NCBI RefSeq assembly: GCF_009914755.1
Contig: NC_060931.1
Length of the DNA: 64,000 bases
Source: the human T2T-CHM13v2.0 reference genome, Homo sapiens
Strand: one strand, 5' to 3'
Shown: piece by piece, positions 1-18,198 of the stretch
Layout of the letters: each line of letters opens with the position of its first letter
Numbering within the stretch: position 1 is the stretch's first letter
Notes under the pieces: generated by a model
The model's database searches: none
Seen by the model: only the letters and a program-made list of their open reading frames with translations
Told to the model about the DNA's origin: nothing
Translations under genes and position numbers: made by a program

Positions 1-127
1 TGATCTGACAAGAGGCGGAGCTCAGGCGGGAATGCTCACTCGCCCGCCTCACCTCCTGCTGCATGGCCTGGTTCCTAACAGGCCACAGACTGGTACCGGT
101 CCATAGCCTGGGAGTTGGGAACCCCTG
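1..127 (-). mobile_element. MER1B-like hAT-Charlie MITE, partial
   Basis: ggcggagctcaggcgg...cctggttcctaacaggccac...ggtaccggtcc...gggaacccctg terminal sequence. Confidence 0.85.
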
Positions 128-1846
128 TATAGAGCACATACAAAAGAAAAACAGAAAGAAAAAAAAACAGGAAAGGAGAAATGGGACAAAATAAATACAA
201 GACAAACAAACAAACAAAAAAGGTTAACAAAATGGCAATAGTAAGTCAATAATTACCTTAAATGAAAATAGACTAGACTCCCCAATCAAAAGACAGAGTG
301 ACTGAATGGATTTGAAAACAACAATGACAAAAGATCCAATTAAATACTGTCTACAGGAGACTCACTTTAAGTTTAAAGACACACATAGGCTGAATGTGAT
401 AGGATGAACAAATGATAATCTATGCAAATGGCAACCAAAAGAGAGCAGGAGTGGCTATACTTAGAATAGATTTTAAGTCAAAAACTGTCATAAGAGACAA
501 AAAAGGACACTATATAATAATAATATCAGCAGAAGGAAGGCTAATTCACCAAGATGTAACAATTTTATATGCACCCAGCATCAGTACCTCTAAATATATG
601 AAGCAAACACTGATGGAACTGAAGAAAGAAATACAATATTAGAAGACTTGCATATCCCACTAAATAGCAGATAGACATTCAGACAGACAAATCAATAAGA
701 AACTATAGACCAAGTGGACCTAACGGACATACACAGAACATCCCACCCAACAGTGACAGAATTCACATCCTTCTCAAACACACACAGAACATTCTCCAGG
801 ATAGATCTCATGTTACGTCACAAAACAAGTTTCAATAAACCTAAGATTAAAATCATACCAGGTATCTTTTCTGATCACAATGGAATGAAATCAAAAATAA
901 ATAACAGAAAGAAAACTGAAACATTTACAAATGTATGAAAATTAAATGAAATACTCTTGAACAATGAATAGGTCAAATAAATAAATCAAAAGGGAAATTA
1001 GAAAATGTCTCACGACAAATAAAAATGAAAACACAACATACCAAAATGAATGCAATACAGCAAAAGCAATTTTGAAAGAGAAATGTATAGTAATAAACAG
1101 CTGCATAAGAAAAGAAGAACGCAAATCAACAACCTAACATACCTCAAGAAACTAGAAAAAGGAAAACAAACTTAGCCCAAAGTTAGCAGAAGGAAGAAAT
1201 AATGTAGATTAGAGCAGAAATAAACAGAGTAAAAAAAAAATAGAAAAACTTGAAGAAATATTTTCTAAAAAGATAAACAAAATTGACAAACTAAAAAAAA
1301 AAGAGAAAAAAACTCAAATAAATAAAATAAAAAATGGAAAAGGAGACATTACAACCTGATGGCTTCAATGCTGAATTCCACCAAAAATTTAAAGAACTTA
1401 TGCTAATCCTTGTCAAGATCTTCCAAAAAATTAAAGAAAAGGGGATACTTTCAAACTCATTTTATAAGGCCAGCATTTCCCTGACACCAAAGCCAGACAA
1501 GAATATTACAAGAAAAGAATACTACAGGCCAATATCCCTGCTGAACATAGATGCAAAATTCCTTAATAAAATACTAGCAAACCAAATTAAACAGCATATC
1601 AAAAAGATCATACACCACAACCAGGTAGGAAGAAGGATGTTTCAACATAAATAAATCAATTAATGTGCTGCACTACATTGCCAGAATGCCTAGGAATAAA
1701 CTTAAGAAGGTGAAAGACTTGTATGCTGAAAACTATGAAACATTGATGAAAAAAATTAAAGATGAAAATAAGTGGAAAGACGTCCCACGTTTATGACAGG
1801 AAAACTTAATATCATTAAAATGTCCATACTACCCAAAGGAATTTAG

Positions 1847-2278
<432 letters not shown>

Positions 2279-3068
2279 TAAAACAATCTTGAGAAAAAGA
2301 ACAAAGCTGGAGGCATCACACTTCTTGATTTCAAAATATATTCTGAAGCTTCAGTAATTAAAACACTAAGGTACTGTCATGAAGACAGCTTTATAGACCA
2401 GTGGAAAGAGGGCCCAGGAATAAACCTGTGCATATATGACCAACTGATCTTCAATAGAGATGCCAAGAACAGACAATGGGGAGAGGATGATTTCTTCAAT
2501 AAATAGTGTTGGGGCATTGTATATCCACATACAAAAAGAACAAAATTAAACCCTTACTGTACACCATACATAAAAATCAACTCAAAATTAATTAAAGACT
2601 TAAACGTAAGACCTGAAACTGTAAATCCTTAGAAGAAAACGTAGGGGAAAATCTTCATGACATTGGTCTTTGCAATGATTTCTTGGATATGACACCAAAA
2701 GCACAAACAACAAAAGCAAAAACAGAGCAAGAGGTATACTATGTCAAACTAAAAAACTTCTGTACAGCAAAGGAACAATCAATACAGTGAAAAGGCAACC
2801 TGTAGAATGAGACAAAATATTTGCAAACCACATATCTGATAAGGCATTAATTTCCAAAATATATAAGGAACTCCTCCAACTTAAGAGTAAAAAAGCAAAC
2901 AAACTGATTTTTAAATGAGTAAAAAATTTGAATAGACATTTATCCAAAGAAGATATACAACTGGGCAATAGATACATAAAAAGATTGTTCAACATCACTA
3001 ATCATAGGGAAATGAGAATGAAAACCATAATGAGATATCTCACACCTCTTAGGGTGGCTATTGGTTTT

Positions 3069-3145
3069 TATTTGAGGGGGTTTGTTTGTTTGTTTGTTTG
3101 TTTGTTTGTTTTGAGACAGAATCTTGCTCTGTCTCCCAGGCTGGA
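3069..3145 (-). mobile_element. Severely 5'-truncated Alu (~35-nt body plus (TTTG)n tail)
   Basis: ttgagacagaatcttgctctgtctcccaggctgga flanked by the direct repeats tggctattggtttt / tggctattgtttt. Confidence 0.8.
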
Positions 3146-3509
3146 TGGCTATTGTTTTAAAAAAAAAAGTTACTTGGTGTTATTAAGGCTGTGGAGAAAT
3201 TGGAACCCTTGTACATTGTTGGTGAAAATAAAAAATGGTGCAGCTGTGTATATATATGTATGGAAAACTGTATAGAATGTTCTCAAAAAAATTAAAAGTA
3301 GAGTTGCCATATGATTTAATAAGTCCACTTCTGGCCATTTACTCCCCCAAAATTAAAATTAGAATCTTAAAGAGATATATGGACCCCATGTTCACTGCAG
3401 CAATATTCACAGTAGCCAAGATGTGGAAATAACCTAAATGTCTATCAAAAGATGAATGGATACAGAAAATATGGTATATATGTATATATGAATGGATACA
3501 GAAAATGTG

Positions 3510-3510
<1 letters not shown>

Positions 3511-3562
<52 letters not shown>
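3511..3562. repeat. (GATA)13 tetranucleotide microsatellite
   Basis: Perfect repeat read directly. Confidence 0.97.
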
Positions 3563-3601
3563 TAACAGAATATCATTCAGCCTTAAGAAAAAGGAAGTCC
3601 T

Positions 3602-3971
<370 letters not shown>

Positions 3972-4227
3972 TCAACCACAGAAGGCAAATACTGCATGAT
4001 TCCATTTATGTGAGGTATCAACAATAATCAAACTCATAGAAGCAAAGAGTAGAATGCTGGTTGCCAGGGGCTGGCAAGAGGGGAATACGGGGACTTGCTA
4101 TTCAATGGGTATAAAGTTTTAGTCATGCAAGATGGGTATACAACGTAGTGCTTACGGTTAACAATACTGTACACTTAAAAATTTGAGAGAGTAGATCTCA
4201 TGTTACCTGTTCATACTACAGTTAGAG

Positions 4228-4582
4228 TATTAGTCCTTTTTCACGCTGCTGATAAAGATATACCCAAGACTGGGTAATTTAAAAAAGAAAGAGGTTTAAT
4301 TGGGCTTACAGTTCCAAGTGGCTTGGGAAGCCTCACAGTCATGGCAGAAGGCAAGGAAGAGCAAGTCAAGTCTTACTTGGATGGCAGCAGGCAAAGAGAG
4401 AGAACTTGTGCAGGGGAACTCCTCCTTTTAATACCATCAAATCTCATTAGACTTATTCACTATCATGAGAACAGCATGGGAAAGACCTGCCCCCATGATT
4501 GAATTACTGCCCACCAAGTCCCTCCCACAACATATGGGAATTCAAGATGAGATGTGGGTGGGGACACAGCAAAACCAGATCA
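4228..4582 (-). mobile_element. THE1 (THE1B-like) MaLR solo LTR
   Basis: gtattagtcc...gctgctgataaagatatacccaagactgggtaattt...gggtggggacacagcaaaaccagatca. Confidence 0.9.
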
Positions 4583-5140
4583 AATAGAAATAGAAATCAA
4601 AATAGACAAACAAAAAACTAGAAAGAATCTGAGAGCCTATACTTCAAGGTGTTTTACCTAAGAGATCTGAGGAAATTACAAACATGATCACCAGCACTGA
4701 AATCTTGAACTTGGATCAAAGTAACCCTACATAACCACAAAATGACAGGGATATAAGTCTCAGAGACTTTAAATGAATATAACAGGTTCTTGTAGATAAC
4801 TCATATACAGAGATCCAAAAATGAAAAGCTTGTTTTACATCCTATTCACAATATGTGTAGTACCCTTTTCCCAAATACTTGACTGATAAAAATACATACA
4901 GATTTTTAACTTATCCAGTCTATTACAGTTTATTTGCCAACTCTTAGTTCCCTCTTGTGCTACGTTTAAATTTATAAGATGAGTACAGAGACTTTTTGAA
5001 TAACTAATTTAATTAATGAATTTTAAAGTTAACTTTTGTAGAGTTTTAGATACGTCCTTTGCTCATACAGTTTAGAAATTACATTGAAAAGTAATCTAAT
5101 GCAAAGTTTTTTGTTTTTTTTTTTAATTTAAAAGGTTTGA

Positions 5141-5443
<303 letters not shown>

Positions 5444-7919
5444 GAGTAAATCTTTCTTTAAAAATTACTGAAGCTGAGTTTAATATACTGTATTTATTTG
5501 CATCAACTCAAAATTGAATTTTATGCCACCTTTTTGGTCAGTTGTGAATTGAAATTTTATAACTGAAATTGTTTACAAGATTATGTTAAAGTAGGGCTGA
5601 GAGAATGAATTTTAAAGTATGATTCAAGGTTATAGATTAAATTATGTTCTTATATATTTTAGTCACTTTTTGAACTATTACAAATATCTAGTAAATTTTT
5701 TAATGCTCTGCCCCTTTAATTCTGGTCATGTAATTTAGGACTGAAAGGTGAGCTTTATCTTGGAACAATATTATCTTTCATTTATATGATAGCAAAAAAA
5801 TTAACTATACTGCCTTTATTCAAAAGTGCTTAAAAACAACTATATGTTTACTCTCTCCACTTCATTATTTTCTTCCTCAGTGCAAATATGTTTATCTGGA
5901 AATAATGTATGCATTGTAGCATGCAGAATGTCAAGCTATTTTAAGAGATGCAACATAATGCTTGCTATAAACTCTTATATTCAGTCCTCATTTCATAAAA
6001 CTCTCATGTTTAACTTGAACATGCTTTCATGTAAAAGCTCAACTAAAAGTGTGCCTGTTTGGATGATAAGAAAAAAAAGCAAACAAATAAAATAACTACA
6101 CCTATCTTGTACTCTTTAAAATATATATGTTGGTTTTTAAAAATAATTGCACTAAGCTAAACATGAGAACCTCTATATTAGCAACTTACATTAAAAGCAA
6201 GTCTTTTTTGGGAAAGCAAAATAAAATTAAAAGACACATGATTTTAGATCACTGATCTGAGTACACAGATCTAATCTCTTTGCCAGGGTTGTGTATACTG
6301 TACACGACATTTATTTTATTTGTTTTTTTTTGCACTCACTTATTTTGATCCAGTGGATCTTGACCTATTATCAAGAGTGAGTGAATATTGCTAGAAGTGG
6401 TCACTTCAGTATGACTTAATCTGAAGACAGAGAAAAACTGGTTATAAAAGAGGAAATATATTAGAAAGGAGAGTATTTTTGTATCTAGCAACCTGGAATA
6501 TGAATGTAAAAGAGAATAAACAGTTCAACACAGAATGATAAAGGGTGCCATTGAGAGGGTCTTCTGGAGTTGGTTTTGCTTCATTCAACTATGAAATGAC
6601 TACATGTATTCATTTATCCCTCCCCTCCCTCATTTTGAGGGTATAATAAATGTGTTTCTCCTTTTTCTCCTCTTTCTTCAACTCTATCTCCTTGAAAGAG
6701 AATAAACAACTAAAAACAATGCTGCACCCCCACTCACCTTGATAAGCAGCATGAGTCTATTAAATTAAGCATGCTTGACACTCAAACACCAATTTTAGGG
6801 ACAGAGTGCTCAAAATAGAAAGCACAATGGTGACATCCTGTTACCGTCTCTTTGTGCCCTTGGACTCATAAATAAAGTTCTGCAGGTTTCTGTGCTCCCT
6901 TGATACAAAATAAAGAAAAGTGAATGAGTTAGAACAAGCTCTGGCAGCCATCAGTAATGTTGCACCCCATTGCTGCAGGACAGGAGACATCCAATTATGG
7001 AGCAAGGTCAGCCTCAGTCTCTACCAGTATTTTCTCTGGTGGTCAAGAGACCCTCACCCCCTCACCACCACCACCACCACCACCACGATTCCCTTCTACC
7101 TGATGGTGCTCCGGGACTTTATTTTTGGATCCTTCACTGCTTGACTTAAGAGGAGGAAGACATGATAGGCCAGTCAGTCTTGGCTGGGTTGTGGGAAAAG
7201 TGAGAGGACAGAACCAGATTGGTCAGTTTGTGAATCTTGTGATCAGCTACTTTTAGAATTTATTTGTTGTTAAGTTTGACCAACAAATTTCCATATCCTT
7301 CATGTTTTCTCACAAAGATCTTTAAATTGCCTTTCCCAGCTTCCCACCTAAATACATTCAACCATCATAACACATTCCAAAATACAGTGGTTGCCCATGG
7401 TTTGCCCAATACTGGGCAATAGGCACTCAGATCCCAGTTAGTGACCAATATACCTATGGGACACAAATCATATCAATGAGGCACAGCTGCAGGGTGCATG
7501 TCTACTAAGGATACTGCTCATCTGAACCCTCAGACTATACATTCTGGTACCTTAGTTCTGTCTCTTGGTGCCCTTTCCTGCGGGTAACCCACATTCTTAT
7601 TCTCTCTCCATGCGGCATGGGCACTCTCTCTCCTGCCTGAGTCATAGTTCCTGGAGCAGACTCCACCCCCATGTTTCAGATCCTGCCTGAGTCCACTGAA
7701 TGAAAGCAACAACTCCTGCGTGTCACTCACAATTCCCTGGATGATACTAAAAAGCAATCTTTCTCTCATTTTCGAAACCCCTTTGAGATATTAATGACTT
7801 CCTAGATTTTTTTCAGGACTTAGAGATTATTTCAGAAATAATCATATAATAAGAAGCATTTTGAATTGGAGACTCAAATTGCTCTTTAGATCATACTATA
7901 TAATCTTAATGATGATGAC

Positions 7920-8160
7920 GATGATAATAGTAGCTACCATTGAACAAATGCCTACTATGCTAGGTGCCTTCTATCTTAACCATGGTTAATTCTCAGGGGC
8001 AGTCCTCAAAAGTTAGGATATTGTTCCTATTTCTCAGGTGGGGGAAATGACTTTCAGCAGGAGTAACTATTTTTATTCATCTTATAGCTTTAAATTGGCA
8101 GCTAGATTTTGACCCCATGTCTGACTCGAAATTCATTTTATTTCCACAACACCATTCACT
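7920..8160 (-). mobile_element. MIR, degenerate
   Basis: aatagtagctaccattgaacaaatgcctactatg...ctatttctcaggtggggaaatga...tgtctgactc. Confidence 0.6.
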
Positions 8161-8299
8161 GCGTAGAGATAAGAACTGTGAGCTGGTCTAATAATTTTTT
8201 CTTCCTGCAATAGAAGTCCTTTTCTAAAATTTGGGTCAACTCTCAGCACTCGTAAAAATATGCATATAAAAAGGGAAAGAAATGGAGGAAAATATTTTC

Positions 8300-8660
8300 C
8301 CATTAAATACTAAGACCTACTATACACTAAGCTACAGTATTTAAAGCACACAATACTAGGACCAATTGGATGGATTATGATAAAGAGACTAGACACTGAC
8401 CCATACATAAAAGAACTTGGAATATTATAGAGGAAACACGAAGAATTAATGAAAAAAGGAAAATAAATGATGTTGCATTAATTGAATTTCAATATTTGAA
8501 AAAGTAAAATAGCTTTCCCTCCTGAAACAAACAAAAAATTCAGGGAGATATTGGATCTCAATGAAAAGAACATTTAAATATATTAAAAAACAAAACTTTA
8601 AATATATTACAGGAATATGAAGATAATACCTTTATGATATCTGGGTAACAAAAGGCAAAC
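8300..8660 (+). mobile_element. Ancient L1 ORF2 fragment
   Basis: aagacctactat...aagctacagtatttaaagcac...gacccatacata resembles late L1 ORF2. Confidence 0.5.
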
Positions 8661-9289
8661 CACGTAAATTAAGTAAAGCAGGATTTTTTTTAAGTAACTA
8701 AACTGGTACAATTTATAAAGTACACATACTCCTTTGAAAAAGTAGGTCTCATGTGAATCTGCTCAAATTCCAGGGCTGTATTCACTTTCACCAAACACTA
8801 ATGACCTGAGGCTATTGTATTTTTCTAGTTTTCCTGTTAAAAAGAGACATGAGAGTGTTGACTCTCAGGTGTGAGATCTTGACTGATCCCACACCTAGCC
8901 CAACTGGAGGCTTAAGGCTACTCATCACAGAGTCCTTCTGGAGCCAAGATAAATGCCTATGAATCTCAACTTTTATTCACAGCTTTCAATATTAGATTTT
9001 TTAATATTAGATTTTAATATTTTTCAATATTAGATTTCATCATTTCCTGTGCCCATTTCCCTAGCTCAAGGGTTCACTTATCTTTGATAAGTTTATTGGC
9101 TAGATGTATGTACGATGACTCACTCTCCATCACATAAAACATACAATTTTGACAGTTGATAAAAAGATGTTCGCATAAACTATAATCATATAATTAAATA
9201 TGTACCAGAAACCTAAAAAATAGGGAAGAGGGAAGCTGATAGTATTTTACTCACATTTAACTAAAAAGCCATACATTTTAAATCTATGA

Positions 9290-9645
<356 letters not shown>

Positions 9646-10021
9646 CATGTAGAATTTTATGGTCACAAGCCTGTAGTTCTAGCAGGGAAACTCAACACAT
9701 AAAAAGGAGGCCTTTAAATGCATTGTCAAGAATGACGAAAGGAGCTAAGTATCATTATATTCTGATCAAAAGAAAAGGCAAGTGTCCATTTCCAATCTCT
9801 CTTTCTCTCTCTCTCTCTCTCACACACACACCCCCCAGCAGATTTGTAAAGAAAGGTAAATAAATCCCCCATACAAAAAGTTTCCTTTTTTCCCCACTTG
9901 GGTCTGAGAGTTGTTCAGTTTAACCTGAGTTGCCATTAGTGTCCTTCGAAGCTATAAATTTTGCTTTTCCATGCAATTGTTTCAAAACAAAGAAAATCTG
10001 TGACTTTAAAATTACTTTAGA

Positions 10022-10343
10022 GCCAAGCATGGTGGCGGGTGCCTGGGGTCACAGCTACTTTGGACACTGAGGCAGGAGCATTGTTTTGAGCCCAGGAGTT
10101 CTGCGTGGTAGTGCACTGTGCTGATAGGGTAGTCGCACTAAGTTTGGCGTCAATATGGTTAATTCCTGGGAGCGGGAATCATCAGTTTGCCTAAGGAGGG
10201 GTGAACCAAGCCAAGTGAGAAACGGAGCAGGTCAAAATTTCCATTCTGATCGGCAGTGGGTTCCACCTGTGAATAGCCACTGCACTCCAGTCTGGATACC
10301 ATAGCAAGACCCTGTCTCTTTAAAAAAAAAAAAAAAAAAAAAA
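10022..10343 (+). pseudogene. Processed 7SL (SRP RNA) pseudogene, full length, with poly(A) tail and TSD
   Basis: Alu-like ends enclose the 7SL-specific S domain (gcactaagtttggcgtcaatatgg...gcctaaggaggggtgaacc...gaaacggagcaggtcaaaa...cctgtgaatagccactgcactccag). A-tail at 10322-10343; TSD aaaattactttaga / aaaatggctttaga. Confidence 0.95.
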
Positions 10344-10534
10344 TGGCTTTAGAAGCAATTTTACACCCTAACTTACCAATATAGGTAGCGGTCCGACTTT
10401 ATCGCCACAGGAGGAAAAAATAAAAAGCAGAGTAAAACTTACAGAGCAATGGTAGATACAATACGATCAATACGATCTTCAAACCCAACTTCACTGAGCA
10501 TGAGTTTCTACACATAAAAGAGATTCTTTCATTA

Positions 10535-10858
10535 TTTCTTTTTTAATTATTTATTTATTTATTTATTTTTGAGACACAGTCTAACTCTGATGCCCTGGCT
10601 TTGAGTGCAGTGGCGTGAACACAACTCTCTGCAGCCTTAACCTTCTGGGCTCAAGGGATTCTCCCACCTCAGCCTCCTGAGTAGCTGGGACCACAGACAA
10701 GCGCCATCACACCTGGCTAATTTTTTAAATTTTATGTAGAGACAAGATCTCCCTGTTGCCCAGGATGGTTGGTCTAGAATTCCTGGGCTCAAGCGATCCT
10801 CCCACCTCGGGCACCAAAAGTGCTGGAATTACAAGGCATAAGCCATCATAACCGGTCC
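10535..10858 (-). mobile_element. AluJ
   Basis: Diverged antisense Alu with a (TTTA)n tail. Confidence 0.9.
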
Positions 10859-12774
10859 AAGAAAATCTTTTAGAAAACCCCATCAAACAAATCACCATAC
10901 TATTTAACTGTAAGTCCAAACAATAGTTTCAATCGTAATATTTGAAGCAACTAGTATAAAAAGAGAAACTCATAAGCTAGCTTACATTTCTGTTGTCAAA
11001 GAGTAATTTATCCTTGCTGGAGTTGGTTTGGAGGTATTAATAGCCGGAATTATCCCAACAATATTCTGGCAAGAAACTATACACGTACTTTCTGATGTGC
11101 TCTGATGTGGCCACAGTCTGGCGCTGAGAGTAGCTCCAACATGAGGGACTGAAGCAAAAGGGTTTCCCAAAGAAGCACTGTGCCCCGGAGACTGGAAGGA
11201 GAATTTGAGGAAGACATTAGGATGAGGCATCTCAGGGGTGTAAGAGAGAGACCCTGGAAGGCATTTGGGGCCATGACTTAATTATAAGCTAGGAATTGCG
11301 TGTGTAGAATTTACAAAGTAAACAAAATGGCAGCCGAGGGTGGGGATAGTTCACACCCTTAGTAAAGGCTCGACATTATAGAATCTGCCTCATACTAGGA
11401 TTCCCAGTAGCTTTTCTGGAAATAGGTCTCCTTCCTCTCCTGCCAGCCCTAAAATAATATTGGTAACACACACACCAACTTCTAGAGAGCACTCACAAAA
11501 AAAGTTGTCACCGCCAAGTGACCTCACTGCTTCTCCCTGGAGAGCTTTGCAGACAGAAAATAGCTCTGTGTCTTTATAAACAAATCACTCTGTGAATGGC
11601 AGTGGGTACACAAACATGTCGATTCTCTTCCAGAGTTCTTACTCGCTCAATTGCCAGGTTTGCTTCTATTTTGGTTACAGAATTAAAATGTAATTAGTTG
11701 TGTTTTTAATGAGTCCAAATGTGACACATTAAGATTCAGTAATTACTCTAAAATGATAAGCTGTGATTGAATGTCCCCATAAACAAGGGACATTTAAAGG
11801 CAGTACCATTTCTTGCTCAGTTGTTACTGCTTTTAAAACCGTCACTCTTTCCTGGGTGAATACAGTTTTAGGATTTAAATGATTACGCTGGATTATTGCA
11901 CATATTTACAGTCAGAGCCAGCTATACCGACATATTTAAAGTGTGTACGTTCTTTGATCATGTGGCCATGTCTACCTAAGAACCTAATAACTGACTTTAC
12001 TGAATGTTGGCTGTCCAGGTTAGTACCTCATTATGACTTACTGGCTTTTAAGACACGTTTATTTTATGTGGCATCAGTTTTTCTCTTCAACCTGATGCAA
12101 GACCTCACTGCTATTTCTGAGGTTCTTTATGTCCTTAGTGTTTGGCAGGGCTCACATCAGGTCTAGAAAAGTGGTGCTAGAGGTTCAAGATCCAATACAA
12201 CAATGGCAGCAGTAATTGATGCACTTGCCCCATACGGAAATCTGATCTCTTAACCCACCTGTTTCCTAGGCTAACTGAATCAGCAGCATGTCAGTAGCTG
12301 CCAATGCTGATCAATTTCCTAGTGACATTGGTAACTTAAAAAACATTGAAATAGTTAAGTTCGTTGTAGAAGTAAGCCTTTCATCCTACAGCAAATCAAA
12401 AACAAACAAAATGGATAAATGTTTTCTGATAACTTTTAAAACAGTTTACCTAAGAGGAGGAATTGTAAAAACTTAAACATAAATTGAGATCATCCCACCT
12501 GATTTTTTAATATTCGTAGGAAGCCTGTTCATGATATTCCAGTCAACTACTCTAGAATCCTATTTTGGTATCTCAGTATCTCGTGCAGCAGTGAATAGCA
12601 CTGCTCAATATTTTAGAGGCTTCATATTTCCTTAGAGTCACAATTGTCACCCTAAAATTTAGATCTAATAATCCTACTACTGTCCTGTGTAGGAAAAAAT
12701 ACAGAAAGCATATACTTCTTATTTCCCAGCCTTCAAGTATGTGAAGACTGCTATCAAGACCACTGTGTCTTACT

Positions 12775-14070
<1,296 letters not shown>

Positions 14071-15857
14071 GGGAAGTTTCCCAGTCTATCAATCTCCATG
14101 CAGCATAATTTGTAGAAGTCCTACCTTTCATTTCTAGATGCTAATCGATCTTCTATTCAATGGAAGATCTAGCCTACTGGTGTCTCATTTTTTATTCTTC
14201 CTACAATTTAGAAAATCAGATCAGCATAAGAACTTTATTTTTAACAAATATTAATATAAAAGTATTACGTGTTTTTCTACTGCCCATATCTGTTCTGTCC
14301 AAGCCATGTACATTCATGTTAAATAAATACCGTCTTTTAAAACATAAATAGCATGGTTACTCCACATTGACTCCTGATGTCCCAAGATGTTCAAGATGCA
14401 GTAAGGAGAAATATTATTTTAAAACAATTCAAAGGGAGTGAAAATGGTAGCACACAAAGGAGGCAGCATTTCCTGCTTCTCACAAGACCATCTGCCTGTA
14501 TTGTGGGCAAGATTTTTTAAAAATCCTAACTGAAAAGAAAATAATGTTAAGAGACATATGCCCATGTTTACAAGCTGAGGGAAATTGACAAGTGTGTCTG
14601 TTTCGCCAGTATTTTTACAGTCAACTGTTATACATAATGGGGAAAATTAAAATCGGTAATTACTTTTCTAGTCTGCCATTGTTTTAAATGTGCTTGGAAT
14701 TTTCCTTAAGCATCCATTCCAAGTAATTATTTGTAATAGGCCAGAACACTTAAAGGGTTGTAGGGATGGATACACAGCTATTTTACAAAGTGAAATACTT
14801 TGACAATAACAAATTATTTTTCCTCCTTTCTCTCCCCAATGTTGGCTGAGTTATGTTTATACCTCACTTTGTAGATAATCCTTCTAGCTACACTTTTTTT
14901 AGGCACAGCCATTATAAAAATCTTCTGTTTGGGCTTGGCACTGCTTAGAACTAGAAATTGCTATTTGCTGCCTGCCAATTACAGAATAATTTAAGGTTTG
15001 ATGCTCCCAGGCACAGTTTCTTGAAATACACAGAAAAAAATATATTAAGGTGGATGCATAATATTTTTTCTGCATTGCATAGCTTCAATTGCCTGTATAG
15101 AATTATATCCAAATTGCTAAACAAATCAATTGGAGAAAAATTATGTCTTCTAGGAAAGTGTTTTGTAATGGTTTTACTACTCTTTCTTTTGATAAGATCA
15201 TAGCAAATATTTTACAAAAATTTTATATTATTTGCAACTGAATGATTTCAATCTATGAAATGTGATGGGTATAAATATTGATATAATTTTAACATAAAAT
15301 TTAAACTTCTAGGAAATAATAGAGGAAGATGTGATTTTTTTAAAATCAATTTGGAATAATTAAGAAGAAAAGAAAAAAGAGAGTTAATTAAGTTTCCCGG
15401 ATCTTTTCAAGTCTAAAATGCAATAATTTTTCATCTTTGTATATTCGTATCTGAATTATCCATCATTTGCAGTACGAAGCAGGAAAGCGGTAAAGCAAAG
15501 TAAATTTGTGATTTAAAAGGATCAAGTATATGGTTGAAGACTCAAAAAGCTTTTTATTTGGGACAGTAGAAGGAAATGTGCTGATTATCATGAGAACAAC
15601 AAAAAAGAGAAATGAGTTATTTATGTAACCCTGTCATCATGCCTACAACACCTCGAAGGGCAGTCAGGCATAGTCTGTTATCAGGAAAAGCAAGCAAACA
15701 AAAGCCTTTATATATATATATATATAACTAATCACAAACATGCTCAGACTCCAGAAGATGGTAAAATAAAATAAAATAAAATAATTTTATTGACTTCTTT
15801 CACCTAGGTGCCTTGGTTGCACTCCCTGGAAACCATTCTTCGCATTCCCCACTTACT

Positions 15858-16107
<250 letters not shown>

Positions 16108-16794
16108 CCACTTTTCTTAATTCACCCCTGAAATACACTACCCAAACACGTAGCAACTGAGGTCTGGAAACTTCATTCTTGACTTCTTCTAAGGAAGGCC
16201 ACTTTCTTCAAAATACAGCAAGACAAACACATCTAGCTCCTAGCATGACTTCAGTGTGAAAAGGCTGGGCTTGGGAGAGCAGCAGGTAGACATGCCTATT
16301 AACATTGTGCTGCCATGTTTACTTTTTTTTTGTTTACTTAAATCATGGACAGAAAGCCAAGTGTATAAGTGAAAACCCAAGGGACAATGACATGGGGTAG
16401 ACTGCAGACCAAGAATAAGCAGGAAGTTAAATACCAAGATATTCCCCCAAAATAAACCAGATAGCTTGGTTTATATGGAAGAAAATAAACCAGAGTACCA
16501 CTAACATAAGCATGACAGAAGGTTTTACACAAAACTTTAGCAGAAGTGGGTCCAAATTTCAGCTAGTTTCAGGAATAGTTGGTCGAGGATGGTTCTCCAA
16601 AGAGGGTGGAATTGTGCTGTTGATCAGCTGCCCTCACATGAGCGATTTGCATTTTCTTGGCGAGAAATAGTCGCTGAAGTCAAGCAGAAGAGTACGTGAG
16701 AAGGAATAGCTGTGAGACCAGGACAAGCCAAGGCCACAGTGGGATATTCTCAGTCCGTCTGGGTCTCTAGATTTACAAAGAAGCATGTTGAATC

Positions 16795-17843
<1,049 letters not shown>

Positions 17844-18198
17844 GAACTCCTCACAATGCAAAATGGATGCCTGGCTTTCATTTTTTTAAAATGATTTATT
17901 TACCTTAAAAATAAACTTGGATTCATTTGATCTTCATAATCCCTGTAGATAATTTAGGCTTCCAAAGGAAACATGGTCTCTATTGGCCTAATTACCAATA
18001 ACCAAGTTAAATTCCATTTCTGTACAGAATTTTTTTAAAATTTACCTCACAATCTAGAAAGAGGAGAAAAAAATACCTTAAAAATTAATTATTTTCAAAG
18101 CCATGTATATGCAGATTTGGTCATGGCTTATTCAGAACACATTAGAATTATTTTAAATTCTAAGTATCCTCAATGGTGAACTTAAAATTTCATTCTAG

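Noticed and set aside
412-1654. ORFs with endonuclease and RT-like motifs
   Set aside because: Fragments of a decayed L1 ORF2 with stops, frameshifts and a deleted RT core; not a functional gene.
8985-9037. Short repeats of aatattagattt
   Set aside because: Ordinary local slippage with no sign of function.
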